Virus record (IMG/VR): IMGVR_UViG_3300023179_000046 | Location: 1-64,000 of that record | Reading direction: 5' to 3' (one strand) | Origin: a virus | DNA: 64,000 nt | Shown: one piece after another, positions 31,959 to 41,859 of the stretch | Layout of the letters: every line of letters begins with the position of its first letter | Numbering within the stretch: position 1 is the stretch's first letter | Notes under the pieces: generated by a model | The model's database searches: none | Seen by the model: the letters and a program-made list of their open reading frames with translations, nothing else | Told to the model about the DNA's origin: nothing | Program-made: the position numbers and the translations under genes

Positions 31959-32849
31959 CTATGAGTTACCGTAGATACGATCAACGATAAATCCGTATTC
32001 TGAACCGGCTGCGTAAACAGTACCACCAGATGCACGGTCAACGTCTGGAAGTAGACGGAACGAAACTGGGAACACTGTAGCAGAGTCACGCTTCAAAGAG
32101 TGTGCTGTGGATTCTGTCTGAACAGCACGACGGGCGTAATAGATTCTCTCTTTACGAGCGATAGCAGAAGCATCACCGTAAGCACTTACCGTACCAACCG
32201 AACCCGAAGTATTAGCAACAGGATATGTGGCGTTAGCCAAACCAGTCTGACCGGCAGCCTGACCAATAAACACTAATGATCTTTCGACCGGAGCAGCACC
32301 AAGGGCACCAACGTTCATGTTCAACTGAGTTGCTGCAACTGCACTGGCGGTGGGACTTGTACCGTAAGCAACAAGGTTAGCGTCTGAAAGAGGCGCACCT
32401 GCTGCAGTATCAGACAATGCTGATACGAATGCAGAACCATCAGCGTTAGGAACCTGTTCTTGCTGACCCCAAACAATGTTGATGTTTTCAAAAGTTCCTT
32501 CATCAAGTTCGGTCTTAATCATAATCTTAAGACTTTGCTGGAATAAACGGGCAGCGTCAAGAAGTTGGTCAACAACAACATCGCTGTAACCGGGTTCATA
32601 AGACAATTCAACACCATTGCTAGTAAAACCAAACTCTCTCCAATATGAACTAGCAGTAGTTAGAAGGTAGTTAGTTACAGAGTTCTTGACAGTGGAACCA
32701 GTTAATTCAGAGTTAGTACCCTGAGCAACAGACCAAGGGAATACTGCCGACATTGTGGGGTTGGGGCGGTTAGCACCTGCACCGTATGAAACGAATACGC
32801 GGGCCGCACCAACGAGAATATTTTTTGCACTTAAAGCCATTTTTTTCAC
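31959..32849 (-). CDS. Major tail (tube) protein
   Basis: NILVGAARVF, FGFTSNGVELSYEP, VDQLLD and VFPVSFRLLPD motifs, plus position. Start is probably MALSAKN at 32840. Confidence 0.85.
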   Translation of the reverse strand: MKKMALSAKNILVGAARVFVSYGAGANRPNPTMSAVFPWSVAQGTNSELTGSTVKNSVTNYLLTTASSYWREFGFTSNGVELSYEPGYSDVVVDQLLDAARLFQQSLKIMIKTELDEGTFENINIVWGQQEQVPNADGSAFVSALSDTAAGAPLSDANLVAYGTSPTASAVAATQLNMNVGALGAAPVERSLVFIGQAAGQTGLANATYPVANTSGSVGTVSAYGDASAIARKERIYYARRAVQTESTAHSLKRDSATVFPVSFRLLPDVDRASGGTVYAAGSEYGFIVDRIYGNS

Positions 32850-32925
32850 CTACCTTTTTCCAAAGGGGATATGTATTGTAGCACTTCCTCATATATATAA
32901 TAACATATTTATTTATGGGGGGCGG

Positions 32926-33435
32926 TTATTGAAACTTCCCGCCGCTATCTAATTTTCTAGTATATGCGTAAACAATGTCAATGTTGCCCACCATTAAGCC
33001 ACCTTCGCTTTTGAAGGGCGTGGGTGCTTCTACTCTTTCAATTGATGTATATTTAAAATTAAAAGTATTTGATATGGTGACGCTTTGAAAAATTTCATTT
33101 GCCGAATCATCATAGCGCCTAAAAGTATCTACTAGAAAGTTTAAGATTGTATTTATTTTGTCATAGTCATTAGATACAATCATTAATTGAATAGATTCTG
33201 TAGTCAGCCACCATTGGGCGGGAATTGGAAATGTTTCATAGGCATAGACAATATAGGTAGCGCCGGGAAGTAAATTGTTAAACTCGGGCATTTGTTGGGT
33301 TGGAATAATTGGAACTAAAGGTTCTGAAAAATTATCTGCATAGTAGTCAGATTCATTTAAGATGTTTGCAGCCTTAAGTTGATTCCATATGTAAGATTTT
33401 AATTCATGAACTGCTAGTAGCGAATAATCTGTCAT
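32926..33435 (-). CDS. Tail terminator-like protein
   Basis: Directly upstream of the tube gene. PGATYIVY motif. Confidence 0.6.
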   Translation of the reverse strand: MTDYSLLAVHELKSYIWNQLKAANILNESDYYADNFSEPLVPIIPTQQMPEFNNLLPGATYIVYAYETFPIPAQWWLTTESIQLMIVSNDYDKINTILNFLVDTFRRYDDSANEIFQSVTISNTFNFKYTSIERVEAPTPFKSEGGLMVGNIDIVYAYTRKLDSGGKFQ

Positions 33436-34241
33436 AGCGTGTCCAAGTCTCTTGAATATGAATTATTAACTTGCTTTATAACTTCGTAAATATCATTTTT
33501 GTTAGAATTGCCAACGTTAATTCTTTTAGCCACAGCATTACCTATTTCTCTTATGAGTCTAGAGTTTTCAATGATAGCCGGTGCTTTTGTTGCATACCAA
33601 TAGTTGCTGTAATTTCTCAAAGCATGGGTTGTCTGCTTGCCGCCGGGATTGCTAGAATAAACTACCTTACCCTTAGGTACAAAGATTAACTTGACTCCCG
33701 CCGTCCTTTGACGCAGAAAAACAATAGTCCTTCTAGTCACAAAAGAGGTAGGGGTGTTATTTTCCATGACCGACATTTTGTTTCTAAAAACACTTCTTCT
33801 AGTAACAACTTTCCCAGTGGGACCGGGAACTAAAAGTGCGGGATGAATGGGAACAGGCTTAGTAGACTTTAATGGAACAAACTCAATAACTAGATTCCCG
33901 TACTGGACTTTGCTTCTCTTTATAAGAAAGAGTTTTCTGCCATTTCTACCTATCTCATTCCACTCGTAAAGGTGGTGATACCTGCCGGGATCTTGAATAG
34001 ATTCTCTAGCCAAATCCGAAAGAAACCTTTTCGCGGTAATAGTAAAAATAGACTTAGATATCTCAGTCATAGACTTAGGGCTAATAATAACTTCTGCCTG
34101 CTTTATTTTATCTTCTATAACTTTAGCAGCGACATTTATAGTGGCGGGGTTAACATTAACTGATATCATTTTTTTGTACCGGCACTCTTTCAAGAGTAAC
34201 TTCATAGTGACTAATTCTGCCCAACGGATCAATGTCTGCAT
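33432..34241 (-). CDS. Neck/tail-completion protein
   Basis: YHHLYEW motif, basic composition, position. True start probably near 34170. Confidence 0.55.
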   Translation of the reverse strand: MQTLIRWAELVTMKLLLKECRYKKMISVNVNPATINVAAKVIEDKIKQAEVIISPKSMTEISKSIFTITAKRFLSDLARESIQDPGRYHHLYEWNEIGRNGRKLFLIKRSKVQYGNLVIEFVPLKSTKPVPIHPALLVPGPTGKVVTRRSVFRNKMSVMENNTPTSFVTRRTIVFLRQRTAGVKLIFVPKGKVVYSSNPGGKQTTHALRNYSNYWYATKAPAIIENSRLIREIGNAVAKRINVGNSNKNDIYEVIKQVNNSYSRDLDTL

Positions 34242-34599
34242 AGCAAGAGGTCACGTTAAAAATCATATCAGGCTGACCAATCCTGTCTAATTCTTTATAT
34301 ATAACTTCACCGTCGCTAGTTCTAATAGAAGAAACACGGCTTCTCCTACTTAAAGGAAACATACATTTCATTTTAAGTTGAAAGTTATCAGAAAAACTAT
34401 GAGTATCTTTATTAGTGCCAAAAGACTCATTGTTGGAATGACTTAAAGCGTTACCGCTACTCATAGGTTCTACTTTGCAAGCAAGGGAAGAACTGTAGAC
34501 CCATTCTCTTTGAATATTCCCGCTTTTATTTTGAGTGGCCTGCTGAATATAAACATCGGCAGACATATTCATAATACTACCAACTAAAGAATTTATCAT
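34156..34599 (-). CDS. Head-tail stopper/closure protein
   Basis: Position, and DPLGRISHYEVTLER C-terminus. Confidence 0.6.
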   Translation of the reverse strand: MINSLVGSIMNMSADVYIQQATQNKSGNIQREWVYSSSLACKVEPMSSGNALSHSNNESFGTNKDTHSFSDNFQLKMKCMFPLSRRSRVSSIRTSDGEVIYKELDRIGQPDMIFNVTSCYADIDPLGRISHYEVTLERVPVQKNDIS

Positions 34600-35540
34600 A
34601 TAATAACAATCCCAACGTTCCTGTAACCGTCAAGAATATTATCTACAACTAGGTTTCCCGTCCCATTAAAAGCCCCTGAGTGCATAGTAAAATCAATCTC
34701 GCTCAAAGATACCTGCTTCAAATACTTGTTCCTCCAAGCGGCGTCATTTGAAAGCAAATCTCCCACTAAAAGAATAGAGCATAACTTAATGTCTTGGGGG
34801 ACATAACTCCAACCTATCTCACCAAAAAACTTATACCTAGAATGATCCCTGAATTTTCCGTAATACAAAATAGTTGGATCAACCATATTGTCGTATCTAA
34901 TATCAGAGTCAGTATTAATAATTCTAATTGTTTTACCAGTTTGAGTTATTTCTAAACCATAGCCAAAATTATTATACGCAGGACTAGCAGTATTATCAAT
35001 CATCAAAACGTTATTTTCATACATCTTGTCAATAGACAACATTCTTTCCGTTAACCATACCGCGTCAGAACCAACACCAAAAACTTCCTGACTACCATAC
35101 TTTTTATTAAAAGTTTGACCCGAATATCCATCAATAAGAGTTCTGGCTAGGCTTTCTGCCCGAAGAATCTTATTGGGAGAGCGATAATTTAAATCCTGAG
35201 GATTAGTTCCAAAATCATAATAATCAACGATATCAGAAACAGTAGCATAAGGGGTTAAAACACTCACAAAGTTAGTGGTTGAAGTGGCTACACCATCAAC
35301 AGAATATAGCCACTCAACCCGCAAAATTCTTTTAATGTCTGTAACAGTAGGACTTAAATAAAATGCATAAACTCCAAGCGGAGGCTCATTGATTGCATTC
35401 CCTGTCGAAACTAAGACATTGATGGCATCATCAGCATTATAAATGTTTACAACAACATTACCATCGGCATTTATCAACTTACCATTTTTATAAATAGCAA
35501 CCTGAATGCGAGACGACTCACCTTTCAGAATTTCTTGCAA
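34596..35540 (-). CDS. Head-tail adaptor protein
   Basis: PYATVSDI...ARTLIDGYSGQTF...GWSYVPQDIK...VDNILDGY. Confidence 0.7.
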   Translation of the reverse strand: MQEILKGESSRIQVAIYKNGKLINADGNVVVNIYNADDAINVLVSTGNAINEPPLGVYAFYLSPTVTDIKRILRVEWLYSVDGVATSTTNFVSVLTPYATVSDIVDYYDFGTNPQDLNYRSPNKILRAESLARTLIDGYSGQTFNKKYGSQEVFGVGSDAVWLTERMLSIDKMYENNVLMIDNTASPAYNNFGYGLEITQTGKTIRIINTDSDIRYDNMVDPTILYYGKFRDHSRYKFFGEIGWSYVPQDIKLCSILLVGDLLSNDAAWRNKYLKQVSLSEIDFTMHSGAFNGTGNLVVDNILDGYRNVGIVII

Positions 35541-35556
35541 CTAAATTCCTCCTAGA

Positions 35557-35967
35557 TTAAGAGTAGTATTCCTGAATCTCTCTCGGAGTAGCAGGACGAA
35601 AACCCTCATTGCTCATGAATAGTTCATCAGCAAAATATTTTGGAACAGCCATGAAAGGATGTTCGCGCGTGAAGGTAACTCCACCTACCTGAAAAGAATG
35701 ATTCTCACGATCCATCTTAACCAAAATATTTTCTTCTGCGTTCAAGTTTAAAGTAGGGCGAACGGGAAGATCGGGCTTAACTTTTTCAACATTAGCAAAT
35801 CTTTCATAATCCTCATAAGTAACGCCTTCCTCTTGAAGAAGAAGAATGAGATCATTCTTAGTTACCTTCTGTGGCATATCAATTGCAAAGTTCTCTGCAA
35901 TTGCCTTAAGATCAGTCAATTTTAAATCTTTAAAAGACATTGTGTATTTCCTCTCTATTAATAACAT
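35557..35967 (-). CDS. Hypothetical head-associated protein with helix-extension-helix N-terminus
   Basis: LKLTDLKAIAENFAI..TKNDLI. Start is probably MSFKD at 35940. Confidence 0.6.
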   Translation of the reverse strand: MLLIERKYTMSFKDLKLTDLKAIAENFAIDMPQKVTKNDLILLLQEEGVTYEDYERFANVEKVKPDLPVRPTLNLNAEENILVKMDRENHSFQVGGVTFTREHPFMAVPKYFADELFMSNEGFRPATPREIQEYYS

Positions 35968-35979
35968 TATAGCAAAAAT

Positions 35980-36013
35980 AAAACAAGGACGGCAAGAGCC
36001 GTCCCTGTCTTAT
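35980..36013 (-). terminator. Intrinsic terminator after the capsid gene
   Basis: GGACGGC-AAGA-GCCGTCC hairpin followed by a T-rich tract on the minus strand. Confidence 0.7.
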
Positions 36014-36035
36014 TGATAGAAACTATCAGGTATTC

Positions 36036-37214
36036 TTAGAATGTTACAGCAAAAGAGCCACCAGTTGTACCAGAAGCGTGAGATGCAGCAAACGAAGAAC
36101 CAAGAGAAGTACCACCGACAGCAATGTTACGCACGATAACGTGTGCATCATAGTTTTCGATAGCAGTACCGACACGAATGAATAGGGTGTATTCAATAGT
36201 GTCCTTCTTTGGGTGGAATTGACGATAAACAACTACGTCGCGCTTCACACCAACAATAAGATTTTGTGGGAAGGTCAGGTGAATGTCACCATAAAGAGTT
36301 CCCGTTGTATTGTTAGCAATGTTAGGAGTTCCATTAAGAGTCAAGTCCTCGCGCATAAGCGGAACGTTAACCACCGGAATACCAAAAGCAAACGGAGTTG
36401 TGACACCGGGACCACCATCGTTAGCGGCCTGCTGACCACGGATGATACCAGAAGTAACATCGAATGGAAGGAAGTTACCAGTAGTGTTAGTCAAATTGTA
36501 AAGGTAATCCTGTGCCAAGTTTGAACCAACGAAGAAGCGAAGTTGATTCCGGCGCTGCTTGTACTTACGAGGCATTTGCTTGATGGCAGCATTAAAGATC
36601 GGGAGGCCCAGTCCAGCGCCATTAGCATCTACAACGTGAGTTTTTTCAATCGCCAGTGCCCTAAAGCCCTTGAATGCACTATAAAGATCAGTACCAGTAC
36701 CATTACCATTGATTAGAACATCTTCCACGTCGTTACCGGCCTGAGTAGCCATAAGGCGTGCAATGTGATCTTCTAGGTCTGGACCCTCAATGTTATCTTC
36801 CAATGCTTCTGCTGAAAGTTCCCAGTCTAAACGCAATTTGCGAGTAGTCAAAGAAATCTTAGAGAAGGTAGCATTAGCAGCGGTATATGCACCAGAGCCA
36901 GTGTTGGAAACCCAGTTAACGGGCTGATCCTCAGTGGCAACGGTCATGATTCTCTGACCAACTGAAACACGATCAATTTCAGTGGTGTTTGAACGCATAC
37001 GGATGGTGCGACAAGCCTTAGCAAGAATGGTGGCATCCCACATATAGTCTAGGAAACGATTAGCCTGATCTGGATAGAGAAGGCCGTTACCTGAAAACTG
37101 GTTTGGTGCGCTAGCGCCAGTACTGTCACCAGAAGTGGCACTCTGACCTCTACCAAGACCACCAGCGTCAAGGTTACTTGTGTCAATTACTTTTTGTAAA
37201 AGTTCGTTACTCAT
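36036..37214 (-). CDS. Major capsid protein (HK97 fold)
   Basis: GLLYPDQANRFLDYM, LDWELSAEALEDNIEG, GNDVEDVLING, and position after the protease. Confidence 0.92.
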   Translation of the reverse strand: MSNELLQKVIDTSNLDAGGLGRGQSATSGDSTGASAPNQFSGNGLLYPDQANRFLDYMWDATILAKACRTIRMRSNTTEIDRVSVGQRIMTVATEDQPVNWVSNTGSGAYTAANATFSKISLTTRKLRLDWELSAEALEDNIEGPDLEDHIARLMATQAGNDVEDVLINGNGTGTDLYSAFKGFRALAIEKTHVVDANGAGLGLPIFNAAIKQMPRKYKQRRNQLRFFVGSNLAQDYLYNLTNTTGNFLPFDVTSGIIRGQQAANDGGPGVTTPFAFGIPVVNVPLMREDLTLNGTPNIANNTTGTLYGDIHLTFPQNLIVGVKRDVVVYRQFHPKKDTIEYTLFIRVGTAIENYDAHVIVRNIAVGGTSLGSSFAASHASGTTGGSFAVTF

Positions 37215-37275
37215 ATTTTTTCACCTGCCTTTCAGGTTAAATTTTTGTTTATTAAGTTATATTATAACAAATAGA

Positions 37276-39219
37276 TCATAGTTCAGCAGTACCGAGGAAG
37301 TGCCCGCTCCATATGCTCTTTGTTATTTTTTTATCATCCGAGTATGCCGTTACAGCATCACCGGACTTTTTGATAGCCGTAGCAGTCTCTAAAGCGTTAA
37401 GGCGTTCGGCAATTTCAGAGATACGATCAACTAACTTGCTGATCTTACCATCAAATTCTCCAATTGAATCAGAGACATTTGCTGAAATACCTTCAACTGC
37501 CTTTTCCAACTTTTCAGAGTTGTCTGCGGTTTCGGCGTAATTCTTTTCAAAAGCAGAAGCAAGTTTTTCATTAAGTTCTTCTAACAACTTAACTACTTTA
37601 CCTTCTTCTGCCGGAATTTCAGAAACGGTTGCGGCCTTCTCAATCGGCTCAGGTGCAACTGTTTCTAAGAGTTCTGCTGCTTCCTCAACGGGAGCGGCCA
37701 CGTTATTATCGTTTTCCATTTCTTCATCCCCTCCTTTACTTAGGGCTTCATCTGCACTCTTTTTTATTGACATAGAAATTTTTGTCAAAGTGCTTAACTT
37801 GTGTCCAACCATTCTATCCGTTGGAACAAATTTTTCATCCTTCATAGTATACACGTTAATGGCGGCAGCGGGGTCATCCTCTGTGCCGGTGATGGTAAAA
37901 GATGAATCTGGAACATTATATGAACCATTCCTAATAATCTTTTTTACCTTGCCCCGAGCATTACCGCCGCTAGAACCCCATTTAACAAAATCTCCAACAC
38001 TAATGCCAGACTTTTCCAAAGATTCGTCCGACTCGTTATCTTCATATTGGTCAATTTTTTCTAAAGAATTATAAACTTTTTCTGACCAACTACGGCCAGC
38101 GTCACCGCCCCAAGCATCCCAAGCAACTCTGCCGGGGGACGGGTAGCCATCTTCACCAGAACTAAAACCTGTGGCCTTAGAGTCAACACCGTGACGAGCA
38201 AAAAAACTTTTCATCCTACCAATAGTTTCCGCAGAAACCGCTCTACCGGCTGCTAAATCTGCTGCGCGTTTGCGACCAACATCTGTAAAGCCACCGCCAG
38301 CCTTACCGTCTTTAATCCATTCAAGGGCGCGGCGGGCTGCTGATCGAACACCTTCGGGTGGAACAAAGCCGTCGCCTGCTTTTTCTAAAGAATCTTGGTC
38401 TGGATAAGGATTAATGGTAGTGCCACTGTCAATGGTCTTATCTACATCTTCTAAATCTTCTGGCATACCTTTTTGAAAATGACCTAAAATAAGTTTTCTT
38501 ACAGTTTCAGTTTTATTAATATCTTTGCTTTCAACCCAACCAATGCTTTTCATGTTGGCTCCACAAATGACACATTCCTTTTTATCGGTATCAGCAGTAT
38601 TAGCAACTTGATCGTTAGAACACCAAAAAACATTCTCTATAGAAACTTCTGTAGATATTCCGTTAGCAGTCAGTCCACCGTTGTTTTTTTGAATAGAAAA
38701 GATATTGGCTAATGGATTGGCGGGATTGTCAACTAAACTTAATTCAGTCAATTCATAATCCTTAATAATTCTTGTCTTGGATGATCCTTCTTCTTCGGAT
38801 TCGGAGTCATAACTTGCCTCTACAATATCCCCGCCAATAGAAAAACCTGTCAAGGTTCCATCTAAAACTTTTTCCCAAGTATTCTGTGCGCCAGTAGAAA
38901 TATATGCGTCAACATAAATACCTTTATAGTGAGCGTTTGTTTCAGGATCAAAAAAATCTTGTGGTTCAAAAGACACAACTTTACCGACAGCGATAGGCTG
39001 ATGCATTTCCCTTAGGTTGCCTCTAAAAGCACTAAAGGCTTTTTCGCTCGCCTCCGGCGAAACAATATCACCGTGGCGGTCTAGGTTGTCTAGGGTTGCA
39101 AATCCAGAGACGGTTCTTTTTTCCTTATCGACTTTTGCAATTGGAAAAGCCATCTTAATCTTTTCCTTGCTATTAGTCCAATTAACCTTGTTAATGTCCA
39201 TTTGAATTAATAATAACAA
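37276..39219 (-). CDS. Prohead protease-scaffold fusion with inserted domains
   Basis: HK97-type protease (LDRHGDIV, REMHQP, LTGFSIGG, ELSLVDNPAN), HVA1/DUF2945-like VGDFVKW...GTEDDPA...VGHK, and an acidic coiled-coil C-terminus. Confidence 0.88.
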   Translation of the reverse strand: MLLLIQMDINKVNWTNSKEKIKMAFPIAKVDKEKRTVSGFATLDNLDRHGDIVSPEASEKAFSAFRGNLREMHQPIAVGKVVSFEPQDFFDPETNAHYKGIYVDAYISTGAQNTWEKVLDGTLTGFSIGGDIVEASYDSESEEEGSSKTRIIKDYELTELSLVDNPANPLANIFSIQKNNGGLTANGISTEVSIENVFWCSNDQVANTADTDKKECVICGANMKSIGWVESKDINKTETVRKLILGHFQKGMPEDLEDVDKTIDSGTTINPYPDQDSLEKAGDGFVPPEGVRSAARRALEWIKDGKAGGGFTDVGRKRAADLAAGRAVSAETIGRMKSFFARHGVDSKATGFSSGEDGYPSPGRVAWDAWGGDAGRSWSEKVYNSLEKIDQYEDNESDESLEKSGISVGDFVKWGSSGGNARGKVKKIIRNGSYNVPDSSFTITGTEDDPAAAINVYTMKDEKFVPTDRMVGHKLSTLTKISMSIKKSADEALSKGGDEEMENDNNVAAPVEEAAELLETVAPEPIEKAATVSEIPAEEGKVVKLLEELNEKLASAFEKNYAETADNSEKLEKAVEGISANVSDSIGEFDGKISKLVDRISEIAERLNALETATAIKKSGDAVTAYSDDKKITKSIWSGHFLGTAEL

Positions 39220-39239
39220 TATTCTTTATGAAAACAAAA

Positions 39240-40820
39240 TTACGGGGTTTTGCGACCTTCGCCCTGAGGATTTCTTTCACCCTCAGAGTCAGAAGCATTA
39301 ATGCTGCGCTGTTGATCCCGCGCCCTATTTTTAGTGCCCTGAGCCGTCTGCTCAGCAGACTGCTGTGCATTAAGAACAACAGGGCTATCACCATCGGGGC
39401 GGGGAGATAGATTCTTCCTAACACGAATCTCATTAGGAACAACAACCTGCATACGAAGCAAAGATTCATCAATCTTGCTCTGAGTTAATTCATCAGTCAA
39501 AGTCAATTCATCAAGTTGCAAAGTAAAGGCATCTGTAAACTCTCTAATAATTAAGTTTACCTTTCTCTCCAACTCGTCCTGCATCGGACGACAAACTTGT
39601 TCCTTAAACGTTTTGTCTGCTGCCATTGATGCAGCATTACCAACACCATTAGGCATTCCTATTTTAGTAATAGGTACACCATTCGCAAATAGGATACGGT
39701 CGCGGTTTTCCGTTGTATAGTTTTGGAAAGAAGAATCTTGAATTCCTGACTCTACCGGCTCCATCTTAAACTCTACCCGCGAATTTTCACCATCTGACGG
39801 AAGTGGAATGTAAAGAGTTCTATGGTTTCTGCCACGCAAACCAGTTTGAAAAAATTCAAGCAGTTTTCTTTCAGATTCAGCAGAAAGTTTAGCGCCTTTG
39901 ACTGTGATAATGTATCGGGGTACTGCTTTATTCTCAAAATAGTCTAGGTTGAACCGGGAGGCAAATTCATCACCGGCCACAGCGTTCTTTGCGGATAAAA
40001 TATCTGGAATACCGTAATATGTATGAGTTGGACTGTATTTCTTAAAATGAATAACCTCATTCGGTTGAGGGTCAGTTCCAATCTGATCTATAGTTTCTTT
40101 GTCGCCAAAGTTTCTAAAGAATGTGTAGCGATTATAAACAACCTGAACAAAGCCGTCGCGGTGCCGACGAATTCTCATAGTTGTTGTAGGTATGTGGCCA
40201 ATGTATCCGATTCTACCAGTACTAGTCCTGCCAATTTCCATATAACCATTACCGCAAGTTTCAAGATCAACGTAGATTTTGTGCATGATCCATAAGAAAC
40301 TATCATCTGAATTTAACGACTCTAGGTATTCTCGCAGGTCGCTCTTGGCTGACGTAATTTTTCTTCTCAGTTTATCTAGTTTTTCTGGATTATTTAATAC
40401 GTCCTCAATCTTGTCTAAAACTTTTTGACTTTCCTGAAAATGATATCCAAGCCCAACAACATTAGATGCTTTAGCGTTTACCGCAGCATGTTGAATCGGA
40501 GACACATCATATAATTGTGCAAGATACATTAAGTTATACGGCGGCTGAACAATTTGAAATAAAGAATAACCAGTTAAATCTAGAGGGTCAAGTTTCTTAG
40601 ACTTTGCATCCTCTATGCCCTCATAAGCCTTAGCAATGCGATTAGTTTTTCTTTTAAAGTTAGCACTAAGGCCTTCCATTTTAGAGATTTGCTCCCAATC
40701 CTGAGAAAACAAATCTTCAAACTGAGATTCATTTATGGCAATAGAAGGTCCAGCACCGCCGACCCTAATTCTCACTAAATCAGAATCATCGTCTAAATCT
40801 TCTATTGGCACTAGTGACAT
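39240..40820 (-). CDS. Portal protein
   Basis: DLETCGNGYMEI, EVIHFK..YYGIPD, YFENKAVP and VPNEIR motifs. Likely start MSLVPI at 40820 (ORF track extends to 40901). Confidence 0.92.
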   Translation of the reverse strand: MSLVPIEDLDDDSDLVRIRVGGAGPSIAINESQFEDLFSQDWEQISKMEGLSANFKRKTNRIAKAYEGIEDAKSKKLDPLDLTGYSLFQIVQPPYNLMYLAQLYDVSPIQHAAVNAKASNVVGLGYHFQESQKVLDKIEDVLNNPEKLDKLRRKITSAKSDLREYLESLNSDDSFLWIMHKIYVDLETCGNGYMEIGRTSTGRIGYIGHIPTTTMRIRRHRDGFVQVVYNRYTFFRNFGDKETIDQIGTDPQPNEVIHFKKYSPTHTYYGIPDILSAKNAVAGDEFASRFNLDYFENKAVPRYIITVKGAKLSAESERKLLEFFQTGLRGRNHRTLYIPLPSDGENSRVEFKMEPVESGIQDSSFQNYTTENRDRILFANGVPITKIGMPNGVGNAASMAADKTFKEQVCRPMQDELERKVNLIIREFTDAFTLQLDELTLTDELTQSKIDESLLRMQVVVPNEIRVRKNLSPRPDGDSPVVLNAQQSAEQTAQGTKNRARDQQRSINASDSEGERNPQGEGRKTP

Positions 40821-41164
40821 TAAATAAGGCCCATTTTCTTTTGATTGTCTAAATCTTCCTTGATGGCCGGGACATCTAATTCGTCTGGAATTAGCCCCCA
40901 CTCCATTCTTTGCTTTTGTTCTTCATATTCATCTTCCGTAACTTGACGGTGGGCGCTAAACCATACAGGCTGACCTTCTTCTAAATCAAATTCTTTAGCG
41001 AATCTTTTGAGTTCATTAATTCTTTTAACGTCACCCTTTATGGCAGCAATATTCATGTAGTTGCCTTCATCGTCCATGACGAGGCTACCGTCTGGCATTT
41101 GCCAAAGATATAGGCCATAGGAAACTTCTTCTATTTGTGTAATATTAGACTTCTTCATAGACAA
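40820..41164 (-). CDS. Hypothetical protein upstream of portal
   Basis: 114 aa. Its stop overlaps the portal ATG. Confidence 0.7.
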   Translation of the reverse strand: MSMKKSNITQIEEVSYGLYLWQMPDGSLVMDDEGNYMNIAAIKGDVKRINELKRFAKEFDLEEGQPVWFSAHRQVTEDEYEEQKQRMEWGLIPDELDVPAIKEDLDNQKKMGLI

Positions 41165-41208
41165 ATTTTACCACCTTTTAAACAAAACTGCACAATTTGT
41201 GCCGCCAA

Positions 41209-41850
41209 CTATCCAATTTTGTACGCAGTCACACCAGAAATGCTTGCAGAGTTCCAATTTGGTAACCAGTTGTATCCAACTGTACTATCTGTAACGACAG
41301 TTGGATCACTCCCTATAAAGTTTTTATATCTTGGCAAAGCCAATGATGATATATCGTTAAAGTATGTGACTAGTGTATCAACAAAATAACTAGCATTTGT
41401 TGGTGAAACACTGGCGGGAAATGTATTACCTGCACCATATGAATATAAACCGTTAACACCCCCGCCGGGGGCAGTTAAGTCTCCCGATACCAAATCTGAA
41501 TTAAAAATTGTATTACCATAAGTATACGAACCATCAGGAGAAAAATATGAAATTACATACAGAGTATTTGCAGTAATAGGTACTGGAACATTAAAGTAAA
41601 CATATTGCCACTTCCAACTAGCAGTAGTTATATTTGAAAAAGTTGCACTAGCAAGTAGGGTTCCGGCAGAAGTCCACAATGACGCAATATGTGTGCTGCC
41701 TGCAAGAGTTTCTGTATAAAACTTAGCACCAATAACCTGACCGTCCCTAGAGGATTTGAACTTTACCCCTAAAGTTACTGCACTACTAGGTCGTGCAACA
41801 AAGGCAGATGCTATTGTGCTGTCATTTATTAAGGAATATACACCGCTCAT
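41209..41850 (-). CDS. DUF4082-like virion protein
   Basis: VTLGVKFKSSRDGQVIGAKFY...LWTSAGTLLASATF...WQYVYF..PVPITANTLYVISY. Confidence 0.8.
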   Translation of the reverse strand: MSGVYSLINDSTIASAFVARPSSAVTLGVKFKSSRDGQVIGAKFYTETLAGSTHIASLWTSAGTLLASATFSNITTASWKWQYVYFNVPVPITANTLYVISYFSPDGSYTYGNTIFNSDLVSGDLTAPGGGVNGLYSYGAGNTFPASVSPTNASYFVDTLVTYFNDISSLALPRYKNFIGSDPTVVTDSTVGYNWLPNWNSASISGVTAYKIG

Positions 41851-41859
41851 AAAATTATC

